Part shown: positions 11,853 to 24,390 of the stretch, piece by piece
How positions within the stretch are numbered: position 1 is the first letter of the stretch
How the letters are laid out: each line of letters begins with the position of its first letter
Assembly: GCF_018977255.1 (NCBI RefSeq)
Contig: NW_024704742.1
Location: forward strand, 136,526,001-136,590,000
Direction: 5' to 3'
DNA from: Callorhinchus milii
Taxonomy: Eukaryota
Length of the DNA: 64,000 nt
Program-made: the position numbers and the translations under genes
The notes under the pieces: model-generated
What the model was told of the DNA's origin: nothing
Database searches by the model: none
Seen by the model: the letters and a program-made list of their open reading frames with translations, nothing else

Positions 11853-13714
11853 AAGCAGTTTAGTTAACATAAACCCTGATTGTGGGACTCGCCGGCAGAA
11901 ATTGAGAAACATTTGGCCAAACATAGAGATTATCCACACATTTTCCCACAAGATACATCTGTGGAATAGAATCCATGAAAGACAATTGGCTGTTACAAAT
12001 TCCTCTTGAGACCAGATTAACTCTATTTATGGAATTATCGGTGGCCGCACTTTCAGTCACTTTGCCCCGACTCTGGAACACTCTTCCTGTATCCCTCTGA
12101 CTTGCCTAAATCTTCCCAATCTTCAGGTCATGCCTTTTTCTTCGACTGTGCCTACGGTCACCTACCCACAGCTCTGCGTCGCATTCTGCCCCTGTATGAT
12201 GGGTGCTGTGTAAATAAATGCAAGTTGTTGTTTTGTTGTGTTGTAACATTTTCAAGATGACCAGAATTTGACAAACTGTTGAATTCAAACCTAATTTTCA
12301 AGCTTAAGCGTTTTTTAAGAACAGCTTCGAGATTCTTTAGACCGAGTTCGACAATTTGCCAAGTTCTGTATGTTCCGAAAACGCCGTGTAATTGGAGTCA
12401 AACTAAACATCAGTGGAATTTCTTTTTTTTTACAGAAACCAAAATTGGTCACTCAATTCTACGACTGTTTGTGGGACGATGCTGAGTGCAACCGACTGCC
12501 ACGTTTCGCCCACAAAATACGCAGTCAATTCACCTTACAGTATGTTCTGTGAGTGGCTTTGAGGCGTCTCAATGTCGAGATAAGGCGCAATATCAAATGC
12601 AAGAATTATTATTATTAGATTGTTGAATCACAACAATTTACTGAGGCAGTAATTCACAGGAGGTCACAGTTAGAGTGGGCCAAGGCCGTGGATTTGAAAG
12701 TGAGGGTCCTGTAAACGTAGCTGTCAATTTTGCACACAGCAATATCCTACAAACAGCCATGGACTGAGTGACCAATTTTATCTGCGGGATTCTTGGCCAG
12801 GAAACAGGGGAGAGGACTCCCTTATCTTTAAGAATCATCCATTGGCTTTTTAACGTCCACCTGAACAGGCAGATGGGGCCTCGATTTAAAGTTTCATATA
12901 AAGGACGGCACCTGTGAGAGCGCAGCGTTCCCCCAGCTCTGCCATGCAGTGTCAGCCAAGACAATGTGGTTACAAGTCTTTTCAAGTGATTCCAAGAGCG
13001 AGCCAAGCTGACTCACTAATTGCTGCCTCACACACTGTCTTTACATGGTGAGCGATGAGTCAACTCACAGGGCTAGATCTCTCAGCTTTCTCCCGGGCAA
13101 GTTCTATCCCATCCATTAGAGTGATGTAGCTCTGTGGTTAGAGCAATCGCTTCGCAAGCGAGATGACCCGAGTTTGAGTCCCGGGCGGGTTGGTGAAACC
13201 TTGAGTAAGTTTCCTTACTCCCCATGCCTCTGTTTACCGAGCAATAAGTAGGAGCCCTGTTGTTCGTCGATTGGCGAATCCTTTTCCGGGGTTAATAATC
13301 CCTCCCCCCAAAAAATGCGGTCACTCAGTCCACGACTGTTTGGCTGCCGCGTTTTGCCCGCAAATTCACAGTCAATTCACTTTACTGTGTGAAGCGCTTT
13401 GAGACGTCTCAACGACAGCGATTATTATGATTACTATTATCCAATGAAGTACATGTGCCTCCTATTCTTTTTTCCTCCTCCACGCAGAGTAAGGATCTTA
13501 CTCAGGTGATTGTTTCCAATTACTCATTGACAAACCCACCCTGTTATCAGGTTTTGGAATGATCCCTTGATGTTAAAACATCTTAAACATCAGTTGTGTT
13601 AGTTCACCTTCTGGTTGAGAATTCGAACAGGATGTCATGTGTTAATTATCACACCCTCCAAAGTTACGGGCAAAAGCTGTACAAAAATGTTAGTTGAGTT
13701 CTTCCAGTCTCACC

Positions 13715-14045
13715 CACATTCTCACACTGCACAATCAGACCCTTACACACTCACACACACATACTCACACACTTATGCACTCACACTACACAATCATATC
13801 CTTTCACACTACACAATCACCCTTACACACTCACACTACACAATTACACCCTTACATACTCACACTGCACAACTACGCCCCTACACACATACACATAATC
13901 ACACACATACTTTACATACTCATACGTATACAATCACACACTTACATTCTCACACACAAACATAATCACACATGTACATACACACAATCACACTCTTACA
14001 TACTCACACTCATACACACACACACACACACACACACAACACAGA
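13715..14045. repeat. Degenerate (CA)-rich low-complexity tract
   Basis: Repeated CACAATCACAC/ACTCACAC units ending in pure (CA)n. Confidence 0.85.
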
Positions 14046-14847
14046 TATCACAATTAACAACAACAAATTGTATTTATGCAGCGTCCTTCATGTCGCAAGG
14101 ACGGTCCAAGCACAGTCGACGGTAATGGTTTTCACGGATGTCCCAAGGCGCTGGACAACGAAGGATTTGGACCCGAGCTGGGGAGTTGGGATCAGGAGGT
14201 TTGGAGGACAGGGAGGGTAGGGGTAGGATGGTGATCGAAGGCACTGTCGAAGAGGAATCTTGAGACGGGCCTTGAAGGAGGTAAGGGAAGGTAAGGGAAT
14301 ATTATTTTTAATGCACAGAACCCCAGATGTGAAGCACTTTACGGCATTTCGAAGACAGGCAGGATTGTTATTATTCTAATCTTTATCTTCATAACGGAGA
14401 GCAGACGGCTGACACTGTGAAGTTCTCCTCGTGTACCCGACCATGCCACGGAACCAGCCGTGAAGTTATGGGCTGGTTGCAAGACTGGTGGGAGGGAGGG
14501 TACTGGGACCCACAGCTGGCAAACAGCTGTCCTGCTTCACCATGACCGTCCCATGAACCAAACTCCCCCCTCACTGTGCTCAAAGATTGCCTTTCTCAAA
14601 CCGTCTCTCTCTCTCTCTCTCTCTCCTTTCACCAAATAGTAATTACCACTGTAATCACTTGGCTGGGGCCAGACCGAGGTGAAGGAGTGAGAGGGGTAAT
14701 GCAGACAGAGTTCAAACTTTCTTTCCCCGACCCCGTCTCTGATTGTCCTTATAATCTGCTCCCTTCCAACCTCCCCCAGTTCTGACGATAGGTCATTGAC
14801 TTGAAAACGTTAACTCATGTTCGTCTTTCCATAGATCCTGCCAAGCT

Positions 14848-15122
14848 CAGCAGTGGCCAATCTTTATTTTTGGTCAACCAGAAAAATGTTTCTCTGTTGA
14901 ATTTTGTTTCACTTATGGTCACGTTGGTACCACTTTTGGGGCATCAAGAAGTGGCCCGTTAATCCCCTGCCCCAGTCCAGGCAAGTCAGCACCAAATCAA
15001 CACCGTGTTTCCAGTAGCTTCCGAGCCACAATACCCACCATGGCGCAGCTATGAATGAAGAAAATCTCAATGAAGAAACAATTATTTGTTTGGCCGACCA
15101 GAAAGGTTGGTGCCCACTGCTG
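14848..15122. mobile_element. hAT-like MITE
   Basis: Imperfect TIRs CAGCAGTGGCCAATCTTT / AAAGGTTGGTGCCCACTGCTG; internal sequence shared with 4491-4670. No clear TSD. Confidence 0.65.
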
Positions 15123-15138
15123 TATTGTCAGAGATGCC

Positions 15139-15467
15139 AATAATAATAATAATAATAATAATCCTTGCATTTGATATAGCGCTTTTCACGTCGGGAGGAC
15201 GTCCCAAAGCGCTTCACAGAACACACTGTAAAGTGAATTGACTGTATATTTGTGGGCGAACGCGGCAGCCAATTGCGCACAGCAATGTCCCACAAACAGT
15301 CGTAGATTGAAAATGACCAATTTATTATTGTTTTTTGTTTTGGAGGGATTATTATTAGGCTCTGTGTGGAGTAAGGAAACTTGCCCAAGGTTTCGCCCTC
15401 TGCCTGGAATTGAACTCAGGTCTCTCGCTTGCAAAGCGAGTGCTCTAACCACTGAGCTACAGGACTC
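15139..15467 (-). mobile_element. Full-length young SINE copy
   Basis: Reverse complement is near-identical to 2355-2675. Confidence 0.92.
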
Positions 15468-16899
15468 GAGTTAGTCTGCCTCTCCAGCTGGATGTTAAAG
15501 CTCCCATGGTCAATGTTCACTTCATATCTGTTTGTACGCAAATTGGCTGCCATATTCGCCTAAACAAATACACAGACACCACAATAATAATATTCCTTAC
15601 ATTTGATATAGCACCTTATAATGTAGTTGAGACGTCTCAAAGCTCTTTGCAGAATATACTGTAAAGTGTGTATTTTGTGGGTGAAACGTGGCAGCCAATT
15701 GCGCACAGCAGTGTCCCACAAACAGGCGTGGATTGAGTGACCAAATATTTTTTTTGGAGGGATTATTACTCACGGAAAGTGATCCGTCAATCGACTGACA
15801 ACCGGGTTCCTACTTACTGCTAGGTAAACAGAGGTATGTGGAATTAGGAAACTTGACGAAGGTTTAGCCCTGCCCGAGAATCAAACCCAGGTCCTCTCGC
15901 TTGCAAGGCGAGCGCTCTAACCGCTAATCAACGGGACTCCACAACGATAAAAATAAGGAGTATTATTATTATTAAGATACTCAATATGAAAGTGCGATTC
16001 AAATCTGCTTTAAAATAGTTCATGAGATTTTGACAGCACCGGACAGCAGTTGGGGGAGAGGGAGGTTCGGAGGAGGGGGAAAAGAGAGAGAAAAATTGTT
16101 GGACAGATAAAGGCTCCTTTGTTCTTCTCCTCGTCCCTCCTGTTAAATTCCATTTCAGCAACAATGGGTTGGCAAACCAGTTGGTTCAGAAAGTGTCTCC
16201 GCTGATGACAACGGCTCTCATCACCACGAGTGACAAGAGTTGATGCGATCGCTCTTCTGGCTCAGGGTTGAAATCAATCTATTTCTCACCATCTCCTCCT
16301 CCTTCATTACCAGGAGCTTAACACACCCCTCCGGCTCAGAAGCTGAATATAATAATCCTTGCATTTGATACAGTGCTTTATCATGTCTTTGAGACGTCTC
16401 AAAGTGCCTCACAGAATGTACTGTAAAGTGCATCGCCTGTGTACTTTCACCCCCTCCTCGCTCCCTCCCTTCCCTCCCCTCACCCTGACCATTTCCCCCC
16501 TGCTCGGGTCCTGACCCAACTGTCCAGCACCTTGGGACGTCCTCCCGACGTGAAAGGCGCTCTATAAATGAAATCTTGTTGTTGTTGTTGTACTTTATGG
16601 TCGAAACGCGGCAGCCAATTGCACACAGCAGTGTCCCACAAACCGTTGTGGTTTTAGTGACCAAACTATTGTTTTTTTGCATGGATTAGTACCCCTGGAA
16701 AACGATCCACCAATCAACTGACAACCGGTTCTTGCTTACTGCTGTATAATCAGAGACGTGTGGCGTACGGAACGTTGCGTAAGGTTTCTCTCTGCCTGGG
16801 AATCGAACCCGGTAAGTAACCCGGTAGGTAAGTACTCTAACCAATACGCTACAGGACTCCACAAGTCGATGTTGAGAGTTCGAGCTCACAGTCCAGGCT

Positions 16900-17480
16900 G
16901 ATGTTCCAACACAGTGCTGATAAGCAGCCATGAGGAGAACATTTGGTCGGCCAGGTCAACAGGGAGAAATTTCCTTCCCTTTTCCAACAGCAACGAGGGA
17001 CCTTTAAATTCCGACATGTTTTGTCAGAGACCCTCCCACGCCTCTCCCATGCTTTCCTCAAGCTGTGACTGTAAGGAGATGCTGGATTTCCTCGCATCCA
17101 AAATCGAGGGGATCCGTTCAGCTCTCTCCACCCTCCCAACCAGCACTCCCTCCCCATCTCCAACCCCCACACTCCGACCCCTCCCTCCACATTTTTTAAC
17201 CTGTCTCCCCTTCCTCTCTCATCACCACCATATCCAGCATGAAACACATCACCTGCTCCCTTGACCCTATCCCTACCCCTCTCCTTATCTCCCAGCTCCA
17301 CCTCCTCGCCCCTCCTCCACTCTCCCACACCATCAATCTCTTCCTATCATCTGGCACTATTCCCATCCCTGTAAAATCATCTACAATTACCCCCATCCTG
17401 AAAAAAACCTTCCCTGGACCAATCTCAGCCTTCCAACAACCAGCCCATCTCCCTCTCTTGCCTCCTTTAAGACACAACTA
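16900..17480 (+). mobile_element. L2 ORF2 internal fragment
   Basis: FLASKIEGIRS and TCSLDPIPT...IINL..SSG..P...K...ITPILKK. Confidence 0.8.
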
Positions 17481-18535
17481 TTATTTCTCTCCAGCCAGGG
17501 TTATTATTCCTCTGCAGGGTTATTAAGTCCTGAAAATGTGCATGTGCAGAGGTTGATGTTGCCAGAGACCACAGATTGATTCACGGAAATCGTGCCTCCA
17601 GACAGCATCAACTGTTTGTTGATCACACACCATCTCTTCGCTCAATGGACAAAGGAAGCTTTGTCCAGTTTTTGTAAGGCCCGTTCTTCAGTCTTGCGCT
17701 GTGCTCTCAGTGTTATTTTAACCTGATGGTCTGACACGGCGTTACGAAATACTACGCTGACAATACCACGGCCGTTTCAGAGTACTCTATTTCTATTTTT
17801 CTGAAAAACGCATTGGGAACGAAGATTTCTTTCACTTTTTTTAGATCAGCCGTGAGCCTGACACAGGCAGAAACCCATCACTGCGTGTTACAGTTTCCAA
17901 ACCAAACAACTCAGACTAAGACTTCCACATAGGCATGGTTTTCTGTTTATCTGGGATGTAGTGAGCGTTCTCTTTCTCTCTCTCTCTCTCTGCTTCTCTC
18001 TCTCTCTGTTTCACTCTCTCCCCAGAGGAACTCACCCTTCTCACCTAAATCCTTGACAGTGTTATAACAACAATAGAATATAAAATTACAACTATATAGC
18101 GCCCTTCATGTCAGGAGGAGGTCACAAGGCGATGGACATTAGGCCTTGGGATGTCCTCCCAACGTGAAAGGCCAACAAAAACTTGCATGTACCTTCACGC
18201 AGGGTTGCGTTTCCGAGCACTGAACAATGACGTTGTTGAGAAGTCTCAAAGCGCTTCACAGAATATATTGTAAAATAAAATAACTGTGTATTTTGTGGGT
18301 GAAACATGGCAGCTAATTAAGCACAGTAGTGTCCCGTAAACAGTCATGCATTGAATGACCGAATTTTGACCCATATAACACAATCCACCAATCAACTAAC
18401 AATCAGTTCCTACTGCTCGGTAAACTTGAGTAAGGAAACTTGCCTAAGGTTTCGCCCTGCCCAGGAATTGAAGATGGGTCCTTTCGGTTTCATCCAAATT
18501 TCTCATGATCTTGAGATGATAATCATCCCTCAACA

Positions 18536-18745
18536 CTAATAATAATCCCTCCAAAAACAATAATAAATTGGTCATTTTCAATCTACGATTGTTTGTGGGA
18601 CATTGCTGTGCGCAATTGGCTGCCGCATTCGCCCACAAATATACAGTCAATTCACTTTACAGTGTGTTCTGTGAAGCGCTTTGGGATGTCCTCCCGACAT
18701 GAAAAGCGCTATATCAAATGCAAGGATTATTATTATTATTATTAT
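18536..18745 (+). mobile_element. 3' half of young SINE
   Basis: Same body and tail as 2355-2675. Confidence 0.88.
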
Positions 18746-19937
18746 ATATTGCGAAAGAGAAGGGAGTTTCTCCTGATGTCCAGGTCAATAATCTCACTGG
18801 TAAACCATCCCTGGGAAAATGTTTTTGACACTATGATAGTAATAATAATAATAATAATCATTGCATTTGACATAGCATCTAGCATTTCTTATGTTCTTAT
18901 TTTATGTTCTTACTGCTAAGTAACCAGAGTTGTGTGGAGTAAGGAAACTTGCCCAAGGGTTATTGAACCCTGCCCAGGAATTGAACCCGGGTCCTGTAGC
19001 TTGCAAGGCGAGTGCTCTAACCAATACACTGCAGGACTCCACAAAATGAATGGACCGTCATATCACCAGAATGAATAGAACTTCAGGAATTTCCCATTGA
19101 GACAGTGTTACTGTGGAACAGTATGAGAAATCTGGGAAAAGCCACAGGACAGCTCTGAATTTCCCAAATACTTTCATATGACTCATATACCTATTTCAAA
19201 GAATGATATCAGTGAACATTTGATAAGGTGATTGGACTGAAATGATTGCCTTTTAAAGGAGCAAGCACAGACAGGATGGGCCGATTGGTCTTCTTCGGGG
19301 CTATAAATTTCTGTGGTTGTATTACAGTTCAGTTTACTAAGTCATTTCACAAAGGTTAACAACTTGTGGTGTAATCAAAGCATTCCCAGACCCCAATCTT
19401 GTGGAAACATAAACCAGAACAATAATTTCTTTTAAAGTTTGTCAGCCGAGTAGCTGATACATATAGGAACTCATCACCAAGCTTAAGAATATCAAAACCC
19501 AACTGAGAATACCATGGAATTTCCAAGTGCAGGTGGGATTCTCCAATTGCTTTGGATATCTTAACCATGGTTTATCGGACGTGTCAGACGCACGATTGAC
19601 CAAACAAAAATCAAAGAGGAAAGTCCCTGAAATGTTAACTGAAGCCGGGCAAGGAGGAGGCAGAGAGTTCCAGAGTATCGGATGTAGCAGATGAAAGCAC
19701 GGCCGCTGATTGTTGAGTGGAAGGGATTCGGTTTGTGTAGAAGTTCGGAGCCACTTGAGCAAAGGGGAGGGTAGTGGCGTGTGGTGGAGTGAGCAGGTAG
19801 GAGTGGGGTGTGAATTGATTCGTAAGATCTGGAAAACTGGGTTAGGGAGATACGTAGGGAGCTTGGCGAGCAGAGCGCTAGAATAATGAAGCCCAGAGGT
19901 GATGAACAGTCACGTCAGCCTGGAGGAAATGATAGTG

Positions 19938-20310
19938 GAGTCCTGTAGGATGATGGTTAGAGCACTCGCCTCGCAAGCGAGAGGACCCAGGTTCGATTTC
20001 CAGGCAGGGCGAAACCTTAGGCAAGTTTCCTCACTCCACACGTCTCTATTTACCCAGCAATAAGTAGGAACCCGGTTGTTCGACAAGTGATGGGTTGCCT
20101 TCCAGGTTACAATAATCACTTAAAACAAAACAAACAAAAATAATACAGGTTATAATAATTGGGTCACTTAAACCATGAGTGTTTGTGGCACACTGACTGC
20201 TGTGAGCAATTGGCTGCTGCTTTTCATCCACAAATTACAGTCAATCTACTTTACAGGATATTCTGAGAAGCGCTTTGAGACATCTCAGCGACGTGATAAG
20301 AATTATTAAT
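19938..20310 (+). mobile_element. Older long-form SINE copy retaining the central segment
   Basis: Contains CTCTATTTACCCAGCAATAAGTAGGAACCCGGTTGTT, absent from young copies; similar copies at 1742-2050, 32715-33085, 4672-4978, 15580-15950 and 29098-29450. Confidence 0.85.
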
Positions 20311-21002
20311 AGTAGTATGTATTATTATGGTGGCAATGTTGCGGAGCTGAGGGAAAGATACACAAATACAAAATGATATTTTAGTGCCTTTAATAGGGAG
20401 TATAGCTGTACCAAATGCAAGGGCTCAGGACAGTCAGGGATTTGGCCTTGGGGACCTTCCTAATGTTATGAGACCTTTCAACGTACCCCTATCAAAATCT
20501 ACCTGTTTGACCGAGCGTTGAACAAGTGATACAGGATTTGAACCCGAGAGAGATAGCTTTTGATCCGGTGACTTAGCAGGTCAGAACAGAACAGCCAGCA
20601 ACCGTACAGAGACCTTGGCCGCAGGGAGAGGAGGGGGAAGAGAGAGACAACAGCATAAACTGCTCAGACTGTATGACAAGCAAACAGATTAAGTAACCAC
20701 GCAAAAGGAATGCACCACTAGAATACTAAGCGTTCTCCTGGAATTCTGTGGTTAAGATTTCCGATAGAGGCCACCCACTCAATAAACAGCTCATAATAAT
20801 AACAATAATAATCATTGCATTTGGTATAGCGCCTTATTATGTCTTTGAAACGTCTCACAACGCTTCACAGAATATACTGTAAAGTGAATTGACTGTATAT
20901 GTTCTGGGTGAAACTCAGCAGCCAATTACGCACAGCAGCGTCCCACACACAGTTGTGGACTGAGTCAATTTGTTTCCTTTTTTATTTTTGAAGGGATTAT
21001 TA

Positions 21003-21328
21003 TAATAATAATAATAATAATCCTTGCATTTGATATAGCGCTTTTCACGTCAGGAGGACGTCCCAAAGCGCTTCACAGAACACACTGTAAAGTGAATTGA
21101 CTGTATATTTGTGGGCGAACACGGCAGCCAATTGCGCACAGCAATGTCCCACAAACAGTCGTAGATTGAAAATGACTAATTTAATTATTGTTTTTGGTTT
21201 TGGAGGGATTATTATTAGGCTCTGTGTGGAGTAAGGAAACTTGCCCAAGGTTTCGCCCTCTGCCTGGAATTGAACTCAGGTCTCTCACTTGCAAAGCGAG
21301 TGCTCTAACCACTGAGCTACAGGACTCC
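21003..21328 (-). mobile_element. Full-length young SINE nested inside an older SINE (about 20795-21502)
   Basis: The older copy's tail (20795-21000) and head (21331-21502) flank the young copy. Confidence 0.9.
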
Positions 21329-21954
21329 ACAATTATCTCCAGAAGAGCAATCGAACAATCGACTAACCACTGGGTTCCTACTTACTGCTAGGTAAACGGA
21401 GGCATGTGGAGTAAGGAAACTTGCCTAAGGTTTTGCCCTGTTAGGGAATCGAACCTGGGTCCTCTCACTTCCGAGGCGAGTGCTCTAACCACTGAGCTAC
21501 AGTATGCTTTACCCACAATGTGCACAGTCAATCCACTTTCCAGTATATACAAAATACAAAATACTCCAGATGTTTGAATCAAAAACAGAAGTTGCTGGGA
21601 ACACTCATCAGATCAGTCAGCATTTATGGAGAAAGTAAGTCAACGTTTCGTCAGCATGTTGGGAGGAAGAGGCTTTTAGGGGCTAACAGAGGGGGGGAGG
21701 CAGGGCAAGGAAGACAAAGGAGAAAATGGGGTAGAGGGCAGGGGATGATGGGTTTTGTTTTGCATCAACACCTCTTTAACCCATCCTCCCCTGTCCTCTA
21801 CCCCATTTTCTCCTTTGGACCCGAAACGTTGACTCACTTTCCTTTCTCCGCTTTACAGTGTATTCTGTGAGGCGCTTTGAGACGTCTCAATGACATGATA
21901 CGACGTGATATCAAATGCAAGGAGTATTCTTATTAATATTATTATTATGAATGG

Positions 21955-22270
21955 ACTGTCAATCTGGCTCAGTTAGTAGCACTCTTGCATCTCAGTCAGA
22001 AGGTTGTGGGTTCAAGCCCCACGTCGGGACTTGGAATCACGTAGTCTAAGCTGACACTCCAATGCAGTGCAGGGGAGGTGCTTCATTAGGAGTTGTCACC
22101 CTTTTGATGAGATGTTAAACCAAGGTCCCATCCGCCTGTTCAGGTGGATGTAAAAGATCCCCATGGCATTATTGGAAAAAGGTAGGAAGTTTCTCTGTCC
22201 CAGGATCCTGGCCGACAATCCCCCAAATAAAATTGGTCACTTGCTTCATGGGACATTGCTCTGCGTAAAT
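21955..22270 (+). mobile_element. Second SINE family: Deu-domain SINE of the SacSINE1/AmnSINE1 type
   Basis: Head GCTCAGTTAGTAGCACTCTTGC..TCAGAAGGTTGTGGGTTCAAGCCC, then Deu-type GATGAGATGTTAAACCAAGG..CCTGTTCAGGTGGATGTAAAAGATCCC. Other fragments at ~1165-1440, 2690-2878, 12715-13015, 32180-32470 and 46030-46330. Family name is from recalled consensus similarity. Confidence 0.75.
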
Positions 22271-23772
22271 TTATTTCGTGCCGTATCGTATCTTCAAGAT
22301 GTATCAAAGTGCTTCTGTAAAGTGAATTGACTGTATATTTTGTGGGTGAAATGCAGCAGCCAATTGCACACTGCAGTGTCCCACAAACAGTCGTGGATTG
22401 AGTGACCATATTATTATTTTGTTTGATTTTATTTTGCAAGGGATTACTACCTGTGGAAAGCGATCCGACAATCGACTAACAATCGGATCCCCTACTTACT
22501 GCTGGGTAAACAGAGATGTGTGGAGTAAGGAAAATTACCTAAGGTTTCGTTCTGCCCGGGAATCGAACCCAAGTCCTCTCGTTTGCGAGGTGATCGCGCT
22601 AACCATTGCGCTCGATAAAAGACGCTGTACCATATGCAAGGATTAGCTATTGTGTAAGGGGTATGTAATTGTCAATTATATTGTGTTGCAGTGGAACAGG
22701 ATGAGGCCAGAATGCACTGAGTGCTGTGTGTGTCACATATGCTCTCCAGGGTCAATGCTTTGTTACTTGGCCACTTCCCAGCACATTCTCTCTCCAAATG
22801 TTTCTGTCGCTTCGGTAAGCATTCACGTCACTTAGGTTGGGGGTACATTTGCTGTGAGCCAATTAGCTGTTGTTCAAATTCCCCTCAGCTCTGCGTAATT
22901 TTTAAATGTCAGGCAAAAAGGTCACGCAGACTAAGGCTAGCTGGAAGTCTGTTTCTCAAAAAAACAGAAGGGACCTTTACACCCCCACAATTCCACTTAG
23001 TTTTAGCCTTTCACATCGGTAGAACGTCCCAAGGCGCTGAGCAATCGAGGATCAGGAGCCGAGGGTGAGGGGGGCAGGATTGGGATGAGGGAGGGTAGAG
23101 AGGTAGGAGGGTGGCTGAAAGGACAGTCGAAAAAGAGGGGCTTGAGTCTTGCCTTAAGGAGGCAAGAGAGGGAGCAAAGCAAAGGGATTGTGGACTTCCA
23201 AAGGCTGGGGATAGAGCGGCTAAAAGCCCGGCCACCAATAATAGTAATAATAATAATAATCCTTGCATTTGAAATAACCCTTTTCACGTCTTCTCGACGT
23301 CTCAAAGTGCTTCACAGAATAGACTGTAAAGTGAATTGACTTTGTGGGCGAAACGCGGCAGCCAATTGCGCACAGCAGTGTCCCACAAACAGTCGTGGAT
23401 TGAAGTGACAAATTTATTATTGTTTTTCTTGAGGAATTATTATCAGGCGTGTGGAGTAAGGAAACTTGCCCAAGATTTCACCCTCCCCGGGAATCAAACC
23501 CAGGTCTCTCGCTTGCAAAGCGAGCGCTCTAAGCACTGAGCTACAGGACTCCAATAGTAGGGCGAGTCTGGCGGGAGACATGGAGCAGTCCTCAACCTTA
23601 AACTTTAAGATGGCGCAGAAAATATACAACAACAACAAAATTACATTTGTATAGTGGCTTTCACGTCGGATAAACCTAAGCAGTTATAAAGTCCTGTTGC
23701 GTATTGGTTAAAGCACTTGCCTTGCAAGCGAGAGGACCCAGGTTCAATTCCCAGGCAGGACAAAACCTGAGT

Positions 23773-24390
23773 GCAACAACAACAACAACAAGATTGCATT
23801 TGTATAGCACCTTTCACGTCGGGAGGACATCCCAAGACGCTGGACAGAGTACAGCATTTCAGACCCGAGCTGGGGATAGGGGGGTAAGGGAGGGTAGGGG
23901 AAGGGGGGTGGCAGATGGCATGGTCGAAGAGGAGGGTCCTGAGGCGGGAATTGAAGGAGGTTAAGGAGGGGGCGAGGCGGAGGGACTGGGGGATGGAATT
24001 CCAGAGGTTGGGGGCAGAGTGGCTGAAGGCTCTCCGCCAATGGTGGGACAGGTGGGTCGGGGGGACATGGAGTAGGCCAGAGCCGGCTGAGCAGAGGGAA
24101 CGGGCGGGTTGGTAGGGCGTTAGGAGATCGCAGAGGTAGGGTGGGGCGAGGCCATGGAGGGCTTTGTATGTGAGGATCAGGATCTTGAACTGGATCCTCT
24201 GAAGGATAGGGAGTCAGTGGAGTCGGGCGAGAATGGGGTCGGAGTTTGGTGCGGGAGAGGACACGGGCTGCAGAGTTCTGGATTATCTGCAGCCTGTGGA
24301 GGGGGGAGTTGGGAAGGCCCACAAGCAGAGCGTTTGCATAGTCAAGCCTGGAGGTGATGAAGGCATGAACAAGAGTTTCAGCGGCCTGAG
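23773..24390 (-). mobile_element. L2 3' fragment
   Basis: [18 protein letters not shown] plus (TTG)n tail. Confidence 0.88.
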
